Of a stretch of 48,186 nt of DNA, positions 38,234-48,186 are shown in pieces. Both the position numbers and the translations under genes were made by a program. The notes beneath the pieces were generated by a model. It saw only the letters and a list, made by a program, of their open reading frames with translations, did not search any database and had not been told where the DNA came from. Source of the DNA: Pseudobdellovibrionaceae bacterium (GTDB lineage: Bacteria > Bdellovibrionota > Bdellovibrionia > Bdellovibrionales > UBA1609); assembly GCA_030591685.1 (NCBI GenBank), contig JAUVAX010000016.1:1-48186 (forward strand), read 5' to 3'. Each line of letters begins with the position of its first letter. Position 1 is the first letter of the stretch.

Positions 38234-38734
38234 ATGTTTAAAAAATTTATCTACGGGATCATAGTGTGCTCTTTAGCATCTCTAGTGGCTTGTGATTCTG
38301 CAGAGAAAAAAGTATCACCTGGTGATGTTGAAGCTGACGGTTCTGTTATCTCAAAAGACATTAATTTTGACTCTATGGGGAGTGACAGCGGTAAAATCGT
38401 AGGTCTGAGTACAGTTAACTTTGAGTACGATAAAGCTCGGTTAACTTCAGAGTCTAGAAAAAACATTGCTGGTAATGCTGAGTGGATCCGTAAAAACACA
38501 AAGATCACTGTGCAAATCGAGGGTCATTGTGATAGCCGAGGGTCTGTTGAGTACAACTTAGCTTTAGGTGAAAGACGGGCCAAGTCTGTTATGAACTACT
38601 TAGTAAGTCTTGGTATACCCGCAAAGCGAATGACTATAATTAGCTATGGTAAAGAGAAGCTCATCTCTAATGGGGACTCAGTAAGTGACCATAACCAAAA
38701 TAGAAGAGCTAATTTTGTACCATTACCTAATTAA
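38234..38734 (+). CDS. pal: Peptidoglycan-associated lipoprotein
   Basis: LVAC lipobox; IEGHCDSRGSVEYNLALGERRA; SYGKE; NRRA. Confidence 0.93.
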   Translation: MFKKFIYGIIVCSLASLVACDSAEKKVSPGDVEADGSVISKDINFDSMGSDSGKIVGLSTVNFEYDKARLTSESRKNIAGNAEWIRKNTKITVQIEGHCDSRGSVEYNLALGERRAKSVMNYLVSLGIPAKRMTIISYGKEKLISNGDSVSDHNQNRRANFVPLPN

Positions 38735-38737
38735 TTT

Positions 38738-39040
38738 ATGAAATTACGTAACCTAACTGGGCCCTTTTTTTTAATTTTGGCGTCGTGTGTAGGGCCGGCG
38801 CCGGTGAGTGAGTACAATTTTTCTAATATTGCTATTGAAGAGGCCAAAAGTGCTGGCGCATTAACATACTCACCAGGGCTTTTAAATAAGGCTGAGGATG
38901 CTTACAAGCAGGCCAAAGATTATTATAATGAAAAAAATTACAGCCAAGCCGCAAAATTTTTTAACAAAGCTCAAAAATATGCTGAAAAAGCAGAGCTAAG
39001 AGCAAAAGTTAAAAAGTTTGATAAAGGAGAGTCCCTGTGA
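38738..39040 (+). CDS. Small helical lipoprotein (DUF4398-like)
   Basis: LASC lipobox; AKSAGA..YSP..L..AE. Confidence 0.7.
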   Translation: MKLRNLTGPFFLILASCVGPAPVSEYNFSNIAIEEAKSAGALTYSPGLLNKAEDAYKQAKDYYNEKNYSQAAKFFNKAQKYAEKAELRAKVKKFDKGESL

Positions 39041-39702
39041 AGGCTATTAAAATCATAAGTTCACTCATTTTATGTGTCGCGGTGTCGGGGTGTATTCGCA
39101 CTCGATCCGAAATAGAAGAGGTGGCGGATCAAAAACAAGTGAGGTCATTACAAGAAGAGAAGGCGACGTTGCAGATGCAGGTCAATGATGTTCAGGCCGA
39201 CTTGCGACAAACCGTGGGCCGAATTGATTTATTAGAGCGCTTTATTGAAGAGTCGGCACAAAAAAAACAACAGCCCGAGGATGAGGGTACCGTTTCTCAA
39301 AAAGACCGACTCAAAGCCTACGAGGAGTCCCTTGCAAGCATAGAGGCCCAGGTCAAAGAAATGACCATTGAAGTCGCCGCATTAAAGAAAATGGTCATTA
39401 GCGGATCTGGTGTTTCAAAGTCAGGGACCAAAGTAAAGAGTAAAAAAAACCACCTCTCAGAAGCAGAGGCTTTGTTTGCAAAAAAAGACTGGCAAAAAGC
39501 TATTTTAGGGTTTCAGAACTACCGTGAAAAATACCCCAAGGGTAAATTTTATAAAGTGGCGACATATAAAATAGGCGTTTGCTTTCAAGAACTAGGGATG
39601 CTATCTGAGGCTAAATCTTTTTTTGATGAAGTGATTGATAGATACTCTAAGTCAAGAGAGGCTAGGAAGTCTCGAAAAAGGTTAAAAACACTTCGTAAAT
39701 AA
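39037..39702 (+). CDS. cpoB: CpoB/YbgF-like TPR lipoprotein
   Basis: VSGC lipobox, coiled coil, C-terminal TPR (YPKG...YKIG); next to pal. Confidence 0.75.
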   Translation: MKAIKIISSLILCVAVSGCIRTRSEIEEVADQKQVRSLQEEKATLQMQVNDVQADLRQTVGRIDLLERFIEESAQKKQQPEDEGTVSQKDRLKAYEESLASIEAQVKEMTIEVAALKKMVISGSGVSKSGTKVKSKKNHLSEAEALFAKKDWQKAILGFQNYREKYPKGKFYKVATYKIGVCFQELGMLSEAKSFFDEVIDRYSKSREARKSRKRLKTLRK

Positions 39703-39740
39703 TTGAATAGTCGTTCTGGATACGTTTTTTAATAATACAA

Positions 39741-40805
39741 ATGGTGAAAACTCTAATGATAAAAAATGTTTTAGCTATTGAGACAAGCTGTGATGACACT
39801 TCGGCGGCAATTGTTACCCACGAAGGTTTTGTGCGTTCGGTTATATCGGCTAATCAAGATAAATATCATGCTGTGTTTGGTGGGGTGGTACCTGAGGTCG
39901 CTGGGCGTGCACACACTCAAATGGTTTTACCTATTGTTGAGGAGTGCTTTAAAGGGTCAAATATTTCTTGGTCAGAGATAGATGGTGTCGTTGTAACAAA
40001 CAGGCCGGGCCTTGTGGGGTCGTTACTCGTTGGGGTTGTGACGGCTAAAGCTTTGGCACAGGCTTACGGTAAGCCTTTTATAGGAGTGAACCACTTAGAG
40101 GCTCATTTACTGGCCCCTTTTTTAAGCGACGACTCTTATTCGCCTCCTGAGGATTTCACATACCCCTATATTGCTTTAGCAATTAGCGGGGGGCATACTC
40201 AGCTTTATTTAGTGGAGCAGTTGGGGCGGTATAGGGTTCTTGGATCTACGTTAGACGATGCTGCCGGCGAAGCCTTTGATAAGTTTGCCAAAATGTTAGG
40301 GTTGGGGTTTCCCGGAGGGGTACAAGTCGACCAGAGGGCCCTTAGTGGTGACCCTAAGGCCTACGACTTTCCGAGAAGTTTAATTCACGAGGATAATTTT
40401 AATTTTTCATTTTCTGGCCTTAAATCAGCAGGGCAAAGAACCCTTCAGGCGTTAACTCAAAAACAGAGGCAACAAAACGTAGCGGACCTGTGTGCGAGTT
40501 ATCAAGAGGCCATTGTAGAAGTACTTTTAGCTAAACTTAACAAAGCTTGTGCCCACTTTAATTTAAAAAAGGCAGTTCTTACTGGTGGGGTGAGCGCTAA
40601 CTCAAGGCTTCGAAAATTAGGTCAGCTATGGGCGGATAAAAATAATATACAGCTCGTTATACCGCCCCTTCGCTACTGCACTGATAATGCGGCGATGGTT
40701 GGCTTTGCTGGTATTCAACGTATGAACCTTGGTGAGCGATCGGATCAAGGTTTAGGCCCTTCACCTAGAGTCTTAGAGACGGATTTTATTTATGAAAACT
40801 CTTAA
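39741..40805 (+). CDS. tsaD: tRNA t6A biosynthesis protein
   Basis: LAIETSCDDT, GGVVPEVA, HLEAH, DDAAGEAFDK, CTDNAAM. Confidence 0.97.
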   Translation: MVKTLMIKNVLAIETSCDDTSAAIVTHEGFVRSVISANQDKYHAVFGGVVPEVAGRAHTQMVLPIVEECFKGSNISWSEIDGVVVTNRPGLVGSLLVGVVTAKALAQAYGKPFIGVNHLEAHLLAPFLSDDSYSPPEDFTYPYIALAISGGHTQLYLVEQLGRYRVLGSTLDDAAGEAFDKFAKMLGLGFPGGVQVDQRALSGDPKAYDFPRSLIHEDNFNFSFSGLKSAGQRTLQALTQKQRQQNVADLCASYQEAIVEVLLAKLNKACAHFNLKKAVLTGGVSANSRLRKLGQLWADKNNIQLVIPPLRYCTDNAAMVGFAGIQRMNLGERSDQGLGPSPRVLETDFIYENS

Positions 40806-41622
40806 AGAGCAGGTTAAAGAACGCTTAAAAGAATTTGAAATAAGCCCCAAGAGGTCTTTAGGGCAGAACTTTTTGATTAATGGAGGGGTGATCTCTAAGA
40901 TCATCGCAACCTTAGACTTAAGCTACCCTCTAACGATAGAGGTGGGCCCTGGTTTGGGGGCAATAACTGAAGATCTAAAAGTAGAAAACAAATTTAAGCT
41001 CATTGAGTTAGACCGCAAACTCTCTGCATACTGGGCTAGAGAGGGGTATGATGTTTTAGAGGCGGATGCCTTAAAGGTAAATTGGTTTGAGCTTTGTGAA
41101 AATAAAAAAACACAGCTTGTGAGTAATTTGCCTTATCAAATTTCATCAAGCTTACTGGTTCAATTATGCAGTGGGCCTGATAATTTAGACCAAATGACTT
41201 TAATGTACCAAAAAGAGGTCGCCGAACGAATTGCCAGTGAGCCGGGGAGTAAGCAGTATGGTCTGTTGAGCGTGATGGCTCAAGTTTTTTGGACCATCCA
41301 GTTTGTGCTGGATGCCGGCCCCACAGACTTTTACCCTCGGCCTAATATAGCCAGCCGAGTGTTAAAATTTACCAGAAAGCCCCTAAACACCCATGATTTA
41401 GACCTTGAGGGCCGAACACGTTTTTTAAAGTTCGTAAAAGCCGCTTTTCAGCAGCGCAGAAAATTTTTAATGAAAAATGTTTCAAACTATATTAAAGGTA
41501 GTGAGAGTAAAAGGGCTCAAGTTTTAGAGCTTTTTTCTCAGTGGGGCTTTGATGAAAAGGTGAGAGCAGAAAGATTATCTCCCCAGCAATTTTTAGATTT
41601 TTATAAGGTTTTTAATATATGA
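40792..41622 (+). CDS. rsmA: 16S rRNA dimethyladenosine transferase
   Basis: LGQNFL, EVGPGLGAIT, SNLPYQISS, QKEVAERI. Confidence 0.96.
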   Translation: MKTLKEQVKERLKEFEISPKRSLGQNFLINGGVISKIIATLDLSYPLTIEVGPGLGAITEDLKVENKFKLIELDRKLSAYWAREGYDVLEADALKVNWFELCENKKTQLVSNLPYQISSSLLVQLCSGPDNLDQMTLMYQKEVAERIASEPGSKQYGLLSVMAQVFWTIQFVLDAGPTDFYPRPNIASRVLKFTRKPLNTHDLDLEGRTRFLKFVKAAFQQRRKFLMKNVSNYIKGSESKRAQVLELFSQWGFDEKVRAERLSPQQFLDFYKVFNI

Positions 41623-42074
41623 GTGGGATTAAAATCATTGCTCTTAATAAAAAGGCCCGATTTGACTATCATATTGATGATACGTTAGAGGCCGGTTTGC
41701 AGTTAACGGGGAGTGAGGTCAAGTCGCTCCGAGACGGTCAGTGCAATTTAAAAGACTCGTATGTGTCCTTTAGAAACGGCGAGGCGTTTTTACAAAACGC
41801 TCACATATCCCCTTACAAAGCGAGCAGCTATAACAACCATGAGCCGGAACGACTAAGAAAGCTACTGCTTCATAAAATAGAAATTGAACGCTTAGATGAC
41901 CAGGTCTGTAAAAAGGGCCTAACAATTGTGCCGTTAAAGCTTTATTTTAAAAAAGGTAAAGTAAAACTAGAAATCGGAATCGCTAAGGGTAAAACTAAAG
42001 GCGACAAGAGACAGACAGACAAAAAACGTGACGCTGATCGTGAGATAGCCTCACGCCTAAAGCATTCCAAGTAA
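41619..42074 (+). CDS. smpB: SsrA-binding protein
   Basis: NKKARFDY...EAGLQLTGSEVKSLR...RKLLLHK. Confidence 0.97.
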   Translation: MSGIKIIALNKKARFDYHIDDTLEAGLQLTGSEVKSLRDGQCNLKDSYVSFRNGEAFLQNAHISPYKASSYNNHEPERLRKLLLHKIEIERLDDQVCKKGLTIVPLKLYFKKGKVKLEIGIAKGKTKGDKRQTDKKRDADREIASRLKHSK

Positions 42075-42414
42075 CTCACCCCTATTTTTAAAATCATACT
42101 AAGCGCAGAAGCCTCTTTTGGAGCCCAGCATGGGAGTGGTTTGTCCGGTCGGTGTATGTGTCTTATTTTTTTAAGGCTACGGGTGCTTTTCTAGCTCAAA
42201 ATAAAGCCATAGTACTAAAATAATCTACTCTTTAGTTTAGATTTATTAAAACTAAAAAAGACTTACGCGTGGTTTCTGAATCTAAGCAGCATCGTGTTAA
42301 ATGCTCAGCAGAGCTATTAACTGCCCCTTTGGTTTATAATAACTCTTGTGACAAAGGAGCAATAGAGGATAGAATTGTCTTAGTTAATAAAAACCATAAC
42401 TCTTAAGATAATCT

Positions 42415-43260
42415 ATGAGCTTTAACGTTATAAAAAATAATTTCAATAAATCTTTTTTTTGTATTTTTAGTCAAAAAAATGCTGGGTTTACATTGGTTGA
42501 AATACTAATGGTCATAATACTGGTGGGTATTTTAAGTGCTGTGTCGGTGAGTGTTCTTAATGACTCTGTTGACGATGGTCGATTTGATGAAACATTAAGT
42601 GAAATGCGCACAATTCGTGATGCTGTTATTGGCAATCAAAAATTACGAGAGGGCGGCACTCGAACTTCATTTGGTTACTTTGGTGATGTGGGGGCTATGC
42701 CTGCAGTAATAGGTGATTTAACAACGATCCCAGCGGGGGTGACAGCGTGGGTTGTAGACTCAGCTGAGCGGACGTCCTACGGTTGGAACGGCCCCTATTT
42801 GTCGGGTGGTGATTCGGGCGCTGACTATACAACCGATGCCTGGGGGACGGCCTATGTTTATACTCCAGGGGCGGTGCCACCGACTCTTGTGAGTCTGGGG
42901 GCCGACCGTGCTGTGGGCGGTACAGAGCTAAATCAAGATATAACTATTAATATGCCAGCCACAGAAAGGCTGGCCACTGTTGAGGGGTTTGTCTCTGACA
43001 GTGGAGGGCCTTACACCGGGGACTTGCAAATAGAATTAAACTATTCAAGCGGCACTGGTGGGCTCAACCAGGCCATGGTGACAAAGGCTTCACCCAGTGA
43101 TGGGCATTTTAGTTTTGCCAGTGTCCCTTTTGGGGTGAGGTCTATTACTGTGTACCAAGGCACAAAAGCTGTGCCTATTAGTACCGTGGGGCCTGTAGTA
43201 ATAACAGTAGATCGACCAAATGTTATGGTGCCCGCCAACCAGTTAGACATAAACCCCTAG
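42415..43260 (+). CDS. Prepilin/GspG-like pseudopilin with C-terminal beta-sandwich domain
   Basis: AG|FTLVEILMVIILVGIL; GWNGPYL...DAWGTAYVY...SLGAD..GG...QDI. Confidence 0.88.
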   Translation: MSFNVIKNNFNKSFFCIFSQKNAGFTLVEILMVIILVGILSAVSVSVLNDSVDDGRFDETLSEMRTIRDAVIGNQKLREGGTRTSFGYFGDVGAMPAVIGDLTTIPAGVTAWVVDSAERTSYGWNGPYLSGGDSGADYTTDAWGTAYVYTPGAVPPTLVSLGADRAVGGTELNQDITINMPATERLATVEGFVSDSGGPYTGDLQIELNYSSGTGGLNQAMVTKASPSDGHFSFASVPFGVRSITVYQGTKAVPISTVGPVVITVDRPNVMVPANQLDINP

Positions 43261-43272
43261 GGAGGTTTCGCT

Positions 43273-46212
43273 ATAGGCTTACCGGATAAAAAATCAAAAA
43301 GGCTCAGCGGATTTACATTAATTGAGCTATTAATGATTATTATTTTAACGAGCATTTTAGCGACCGTTTCTGTAACCTTTCTTGTGGGGTCGCTCAGTGA
43401 GAGTCAATTTGAGGGGACAGTGTCTGAGATGCAAGCCCTTCGAAGCGCAATGGTGGGTCATGTAGGTTTAAAAGTAAGAGGGATTAGATCTCAATTTGGG
43501 TATGTTGGGGATGTAGGCGGTTTGCCGGCAACCATTGCAGACTTGCTCACTTTGCCAGCGGGGGTTTCAGCATGGGTTATAGATACAACAAATAGATTAG
43601 GGCATGGCTGGAATGGTCCTTACCTTAAAGGTGGGGACTCTGGCGGTGATTACACGACAGACGAATGGGGCAATGCCTATGTTTATACCCCGGGTGCGGC
43701 GCCGCCCACCCTTGTAAGCCTCGGTGCTGATGGTGTTGTTGGGGGCACGGGCTTAGATCAAGATATTACTTTTGAAATCCCACTCAATCACAGAGAGTCA
43801 ACGGTACAAGGTTTTATTGTCAACGGAGGCGCGGGGAACCCTATTGGGACGGCGGCTGATGTGACCTTGTATTACCCCGATGGTTCTGGTGGGCTGACAA
43901 CTAATTTACAAACCATACTTGCTGCAGCCAATGGCTTTTTTAGTTTTCCTAATATACCGGTTGGGGTGCGGTCAGTATTATTAAATGTTTCAGGGGTGGA
44001 TTATGGCCCTTATATATTTACAGTAGATAAAAATAATTATGTCATACCTGTAAGTTTAACTGACATAGCAACCCCTGCCCCTGATTGCACAGGTATAACT
44101 ATATATTTTCAATCACAGACCTCTAATGGTTCAGAAACAATAACAGCTGTTAATTTAATTGTAGAGGCCAGTGGGATTTGTGGTGCCGATATGACAGTCG
44201 ATTATGTGCTCGCCGACGGCACAGCTGTTTCATCTCCACCTAGTCAGAGAGACTATTTTGCAGACACAGGGACAGTGACTATTTTAGCAGGGACCACGAC
44301 AGCTAATGTGCCCGTAAAACTTAAAAATGATAACAATGCTGAGCTGAGTGAGTTTCTCACAGCCACTATCTCTAACCCAACCCCTCTCGGAGAGGCCACT
44401 TTAGGTTTGTTTACGGTTCACACCTTTACGATTAACGATGACGAAAACCCCCTTGTTTATTATGTGAGAAAAACAGGCAACGATGTGAACTCTGGCATTG
44501 TGCCGTCAGACGCATGGTTAACAATAGACTTTGCGGCCTCAACATTAATAGCCGGTAAGACCGTATACGTGGGTGCGGGTACTTATGTAGAGCAAGTAGT
44601 AATGGATAACTCAGGGACTGTTGGTAGCCCCATAATTTTTAAAGCTGACACGGATGGTACAAATACAGGCGATGCCGGAGATGTGTTTGTGCAACAGGCC
44701 GGACAGGATGTTTTTTACGCCACTGGTAAATCATATGTCACTGTGGATGGCTTTTATATTAATTCAGGGGCACGGGCGTTTAACTTTGAAACCTCAGGTA
44801 CTGGCAATAGTATTGTTAATAATACTATTGATGGCATGACAAATGAAGGCCTTCGCTTGGATAACCAAACAGGTGCCAAAGTAGATAGTAATGTTATTTT
44901 TAACTGCACAACTGAGGCCATTTATTTATCGGCAAATGCGACGGGTTGTGAGGTGAATAATAATTTAATGTACTCAAATAACATAGGTGTATATTCGATT
45001 AATAATACAGGCAGTGAGTTAGTCAGAAACAATACCATTTATAACAACACAAGTGACGGCATTGTAACCTCGACAGGGTCAACACTTGTTGCCAATAATA
45101 ATATTATTGTTAATAACGGTACCGGGTTAAATCAAAGTGCCGGGTCATTAACTTCTGATTATAATGATGTTTGGAACAATACAACAAACTACACCTCTGT
45201 GGCCGTTGGAGCTAATGATTTAAGTACAGACGCACAGTTTGTAAACGCGGCGGCTTTTGATTTTCATGTTAATAATTTAAATGCCACTATAGATGCCGGC
45301 AATGCTGCGGCCACTACGATAGTAATGGCTGACGGGGTGGACCTTTCTTTCAAATCCACCCGTGCGGATGAGGGGCCTGATGGGACCTCTGATGGGGCCA
45401 CTGTAAACATGGGCTTTCATTATTATACAAGTATTTTGCCACCACCATCAGGGTGCACCGCTGGTAGCTACACGGCCACCGTTGACGAAGTTTTTACGGT
45501 TCCCGTATTGTGTACGTCACTTATAATTAAAGCCTGGGGCGGCGGCGGCGGTGCGGGCTCAAACAGTAATGTTCGTGCCGGAGATGGCGGGGGGGCTGGC
45601 TATGCCTACTCAAATACTTTAACCGTAATCCCAGGCGATACCTATACGGTCACAATTGGTAAAGGTGGCAACGGCGGGGCTGCCGCGTGCGTTGCTGGTG
45701 GCACCGGTGGTTATGGTGGCGGAGCTAAGGGATCACTCTCAGTAGGCGGCGCTGGTGCTGGTGGAGGTGCTGGTGGTGCTGCAGGGGCTGCAGGCTCTTA
45801 CGCTGGTGGCGCTGGTGGTTACGGTGGCGGTGGCGGTGGCGGTGGAAGTACCGCTATTGGTATTGGCGGCCAAGGTGGTGCGGCCACAGTGATCGTTGAT
45901 GACCAAACAACCACAGAAATTATTATTGCCGGTGGTGGTGGTGCCGGTGGTGGTGGAGCTAGCGCTGGTGGTGGTGGTAATGCCGGGGCAGGCGGCCCGG
46001 GATGCTCTCAAAATGGGGGCGCCAGTGCTGATGTACAAAGGGGCGGCGGCGGCGGCGGCGGCGCCTGCTTGGGGGATAACTCGGGCAATGGCGCCGGGAC
46101 GACTCCGTCAAATTCAGGTCAAGCCGCAGGCGGCGGTGAAGGGGGCTCGCCCAGTGGGAGTTGCAACAATGCTAACGGTACAGATGGTTTAGTTACTTTT
46201 GAATTCAGTTAA
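43273..46212 (+). CDS. Giant prepilin fusion: GspG-like + beta-sandwich + Calx-beta-like + parallel beta-helix + glycine-rich domain
   Basis: Frame open upstream of ATG 43333, giving IGLPDKKSKRLSG|FTLIELLMIIIL; GGAGGT RBS 6 nt before ATA 43273; domain motifs read from the translation. Confidence 0.85.
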   Translation: MGLPDKKSKRLSGFTLIELLMIIILTSILATVSVTFLVGSLSESQFEGTVSEMQALRSAMVGHVGLKVRGIRSQFGYVGDVGGLPATIADLLTLPAGVSAWVIDTTNRLGHGWNGPYLKGGDSGGDYTTDEWGNAYVYTPGAAPPTLVSLGADGVVGGTGLDQDITFEIPLNHRESTVQGFIVNGGAGNPIGTAADVTLYYPDGSGGLTTNLQTILAAANGFFSFPNIPVGVRSVLLNVSGVDYGPYIFTVDKNNYVIPVSLTDIATPAPDCTGITIYFQSQTSNGSETITAVNLIVEASGICGADMTVDYVLADGTAVSSPPSQRDYFADTGTVTILAGTTTANVPVKLKNDNNAELSEFLTATISNPTPLGEATLGLFTVHTFTINDDENPLVYYVRKTGNDVNSGIVPSDAWLTIDFAASTLIAGKTVYVGAGTYVEQVVMDNSGTVGSPIIFKADTDGTNTGDAGDVFVQQAGQDVFYATGKSYVTVDGFYINSGARAFNFETSGTGNSIVNNTIDGMTNEGLRLDNQTGAKVDSNVIFNCTTEAIYLSANATGCEVNNNLMYSNNIGVYSINNTGSELVRNNTIYNNTSDGIVTSTGSTLVANNNIIVNNGTGLNQSAGSLTSDYNDVWNNTTNYTSVAVGANDLSTDAQFVNAAAFDFHVNNLNATIDAGNAAATTIVMADGVDLSFKSTRADEGPDGTSDGATVNMGFHYYTSILPPPSGCTAGSYTATVDEVFTVPVLCTSLIIKAWGGGGGAGSNSNVRAGDGGGAGYAYSNTLTVIPGDTYTVTIGKGGNGGAAACVAGGTGGYGGGAKGSLSVGGAGAGGGAGGAAGAAGSYAGGAGGYGGGGGGGGSTAIGIGGQGGAATVIVDDQTTTEIIIAGGGGAGGGGASAGGGGNAGAGGPGCSQNGGASADVQRGGGGGGGACLGDNSGNGAGTTPSNSGQAAGGGEGGSPSGSCNNANGTDGLVTFEFS

Positions 46213-46407
46213 GTTATTCATAAAAAATAAAAGTTAAAATAATGCAGGGATTTTTAAACAAATATGAGCTTAAAAATTACTTAGAGTTCGATATTTTTTT
46301 TAAAAAAAGTGTCAGATCACTCAGGCTGCTGAAGCTAAGCGGAGTGAAAATTACAGACCCCTTTGCCAAAGGGGACCCTTGGGGCCGGTATCACTTTTAA
46401 TTCATAT

Positions 46408-47610
46408 TTAATGTAAAGTGGCGCTGTCAATAAGCTCATTGTAACTGTAGGCTTCGAAGTCAGCCCCAAACTCTGTCAGCTCTGCGAACCAAACATGTCT
46501 ATACTCGCCAACAAAATCCAGGTACCACCTTTCAGGTTGGGCTTCTCGGTAGCCTGCGCCCCAACACCCATCACCAAAGTAAACAGTCCCTTCGGGGTCT
46601 TTTTTATTATTTTTAAGTGGATAGGTTCGTTTAGCCACATGATCATGGTTTTCAAAAGCGGCTGTTAAGTTATATTTATCAAATAGACCCATCCAGTGTT
46701 TTCTTCCCTTTTTTGATCCACGAGTTTCAAATTTTCTGTGGCCAGGGTAGAGGGGCACATGATACATGGCTAATTTATTTTTCATATGTTTGTAGGTCTC
46801 AAACTGTTGAGTGAGCCATTCTACTTGAGAACGGTGCGAGTATATATGTCCTGTATCTAAAACAATTAACACACTATGGGCTCCAAGTTTACGAGTGAAA
46901 AATGTTTTATCACCATTTTGCGGGAACAGCTGAAAGTAAAATGGAGCCTTAGTTTTTTTACTCAATCCGAACTTAGTGACCTCATGGTTACCAATGGCAA
47001 CAATAAGTGGTATGACTCTCTGATCATCTGTAATCATCACAGGCTCCATGGCTTTAAACCAATCATCCCACTTATCAAGGTTTGTTAGTTTACCGTTGGC
47101 GTAAGAAATATCTCCGCCAATGAGTATAACGTCAGGGTCTTTTTTAAGGGCTCCTTCGGCAACATCGGCCAGTATATTTTTAGACCTCAGGTCGCCACCT
47201 TGAATAACTTTTACCGGTGCGCCACCATTTGGAAGGGTTTTAAAATAATGCATGGGCAATATAATTTCGTCGTTTTCGTTTCTAATTTCAAAAAAATGTT
47301 TTGTACCAGCAGAGAGGTTTTTAAATGAATAAGAGTACTTTGTTTTTAATACACCTTTAAACTCCATTATTTCAGTGGGCACATTGCTCCACGAAATTTG
47401 GTGCTCAGATTTATAAAACAAGTTTAGGGGTTCAGTTGTATGTTCAGACACAAGGTAGTTAACGACCATAGAGCGAGACGTATCAGGGTTATCAAAGGTT
47501 AAGTAAACAAACGGGTCTTTACTGTCGCCGACAATAGTGCCAAGGAGTTTACACGAGCTCAAAGATACGGATATGGTGAATACTAAAAGTAGAGTTTTTA
47601 GGTGTTTCAA
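46408..47610 (-). CDS. Purple-acid-phosphatase-like metallophosphoesterase lipoprotein
   Basis: LSSC lipobox; GGD, GGDISY, GNHE, YHVP, ENHDH. Confidence 0.9.
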   Translation of the reverse strand: MKHLKTLLLVFTISVSLSSCKLLGTIVGDSKDPFVYLTFDNPDTSRSMVVNYLVSEHTTEPLNLFYKSEHQISWSNVPTEIMEFKGVLKTKYSYSFKNLSAGTKHFFEIRNENDEIILPMHYFKTLPNGGAPVKVIQGGDLRSKNILADVAEGALKKDPDVILIGGDISYANGKLTNLDKWDDWFKAMEPVMITDDQRVIPLIVAIGNHEVTKFGLSKKTKAPFYFQLFPQNGDKTFFTRKLGAHSVLIVLDTGHIYSHRSQVEWLTQQFETYKHMKNKLAMYHVPLYPGHRKFETRGSKKGRKHWMGLFDKYNLTAAFENHDHVAKRTYPLKNNKKDPEGTVYFGDGCWGAGYREAQPERWYLDFVGEYRHVWFAELTEFGADFEAYSYNELIDSATLH

Positions 47611-47844
47611 AGTAATCCCCTCGCTCGAATAAATGCTGACTTAGATGCCAGCTCGTCTAGACACTCATCATGCGTGTTTAAACTATAAATTCGAACCCTA
47701 ATTCCCCTACATACCCAGGATCAGGACTAAAGCCCCCCCCTCTCAAGTGATAGGTCATTTTTTGGTTTTGCGATAGGCTCGCTACTAGAGTGCTAAGTAA
47801 AAGGGTTGAGGCTATGTTTTCAATGAGCCCTAATAGTTAGTGGC

Positions 47845-48186
47845 TTACCTGTAAATAAGTTCAGCGTCTTGGATTTTCTCTTCGTCCAGTTGGGGGGAGA
47901 GGTTGAGTAGGTCCTCTTTGTAGACATAATTTTTTGTTGTGCCCTCTGGCCAAATAAAATCTTCGGGCTCGCCTTGGGGGGTCAGGCCTTTCATAAAAAG
48001 GCTCCAAATAGGTAGGGCTGCGCTAGCGCCTGTGAGGTTATGAGAGGTGTTATCATCGTAACCCACCCAAACAATAGTGAGAGCATCAGGGGTGAACCCT
48101 GCAAACCAAGCATCTTTAGAGTCACTTGTTGTCCCTGTTTTACCAGCAGCAATGCCTTTATATCCCCAGGCTTTTGCACTTTTTGC
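47845..48186 (-). CDS. Class A penicillin-binding protein, C-terminal end (truncated by window)
   Basis: AAGKTGTTSDSKDAWFAGFTP...VWVGYDDN...TGASAALPIW. Confidence 0.93.
   Translation of the reverse strand, partial: AKSAKAWGYKGIAAGKTGTTSDSKDAWFAGFTPDALTIVWVGYDDNTSHNLTGASAALPIWSLFMKGLTPQGEPEDFIWPEGTTKNYVYKEDLLNLSPQLDEEKIQDAELIYR

Noticed and set aside
42075..42414. tmRNA or integration site after smpB
   Set aside because: No tRNA-like ends (GGGG...CCACCA, T-loop) and no integrase
43258..43260. Genome-wide TAG recoding
   Set aside because: TAG ends many ordinary genes here (rfaE2, fla1, flaG-like, kinase) and no conserved gene has an internal TAG

Overview
AT-rich bacterial chromosome segment, most likely from a Bdellovibrionota (Bdellovibrio-like) predator. 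This is inferred from five short (~275 aa) flagellins lacking large outer domains and many orphan secreted proteins. Contents: a left-truncated secreted Fic-domain gene missed by the ORF track; prmA-rsmE-RDD-rfaE2; a 7-bp VNTR; two minus-strand flagellins (fla1, fla2); four orphan exported proteins; three plus-strand flagellins (fla3-5) with flaG-fliD-fliS; a sigma54-led TPR/Maf-like/GT9/GT9 glycosylation block; a kinase/response regulator pair; rsmD-coaD-aminotransferase; pal-cpoB-tsaD-rsmA-smpB; two tandem GspG-like prepilins; a metallophosphoesterase; and the 3' end of a class A PBP. The strongest unexplained signal is non-coding. The 5' leaders and 3' trailers of the sigma28-driven flagellin transcripts carry several 8-19 nt segments that are mutually complementary at the RNA level. 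These are inverted in DNA when both genes are on one strand and direct when on opposite strands, suggesting an RNA-RNA pairing network that coordinates the flagellin paralogues. Also notable: a shared post-signal-peptide CxxLF motif in secreted orphans, and a giant pilin-adhesin fusion that needs an ATA start or TAG read-through.
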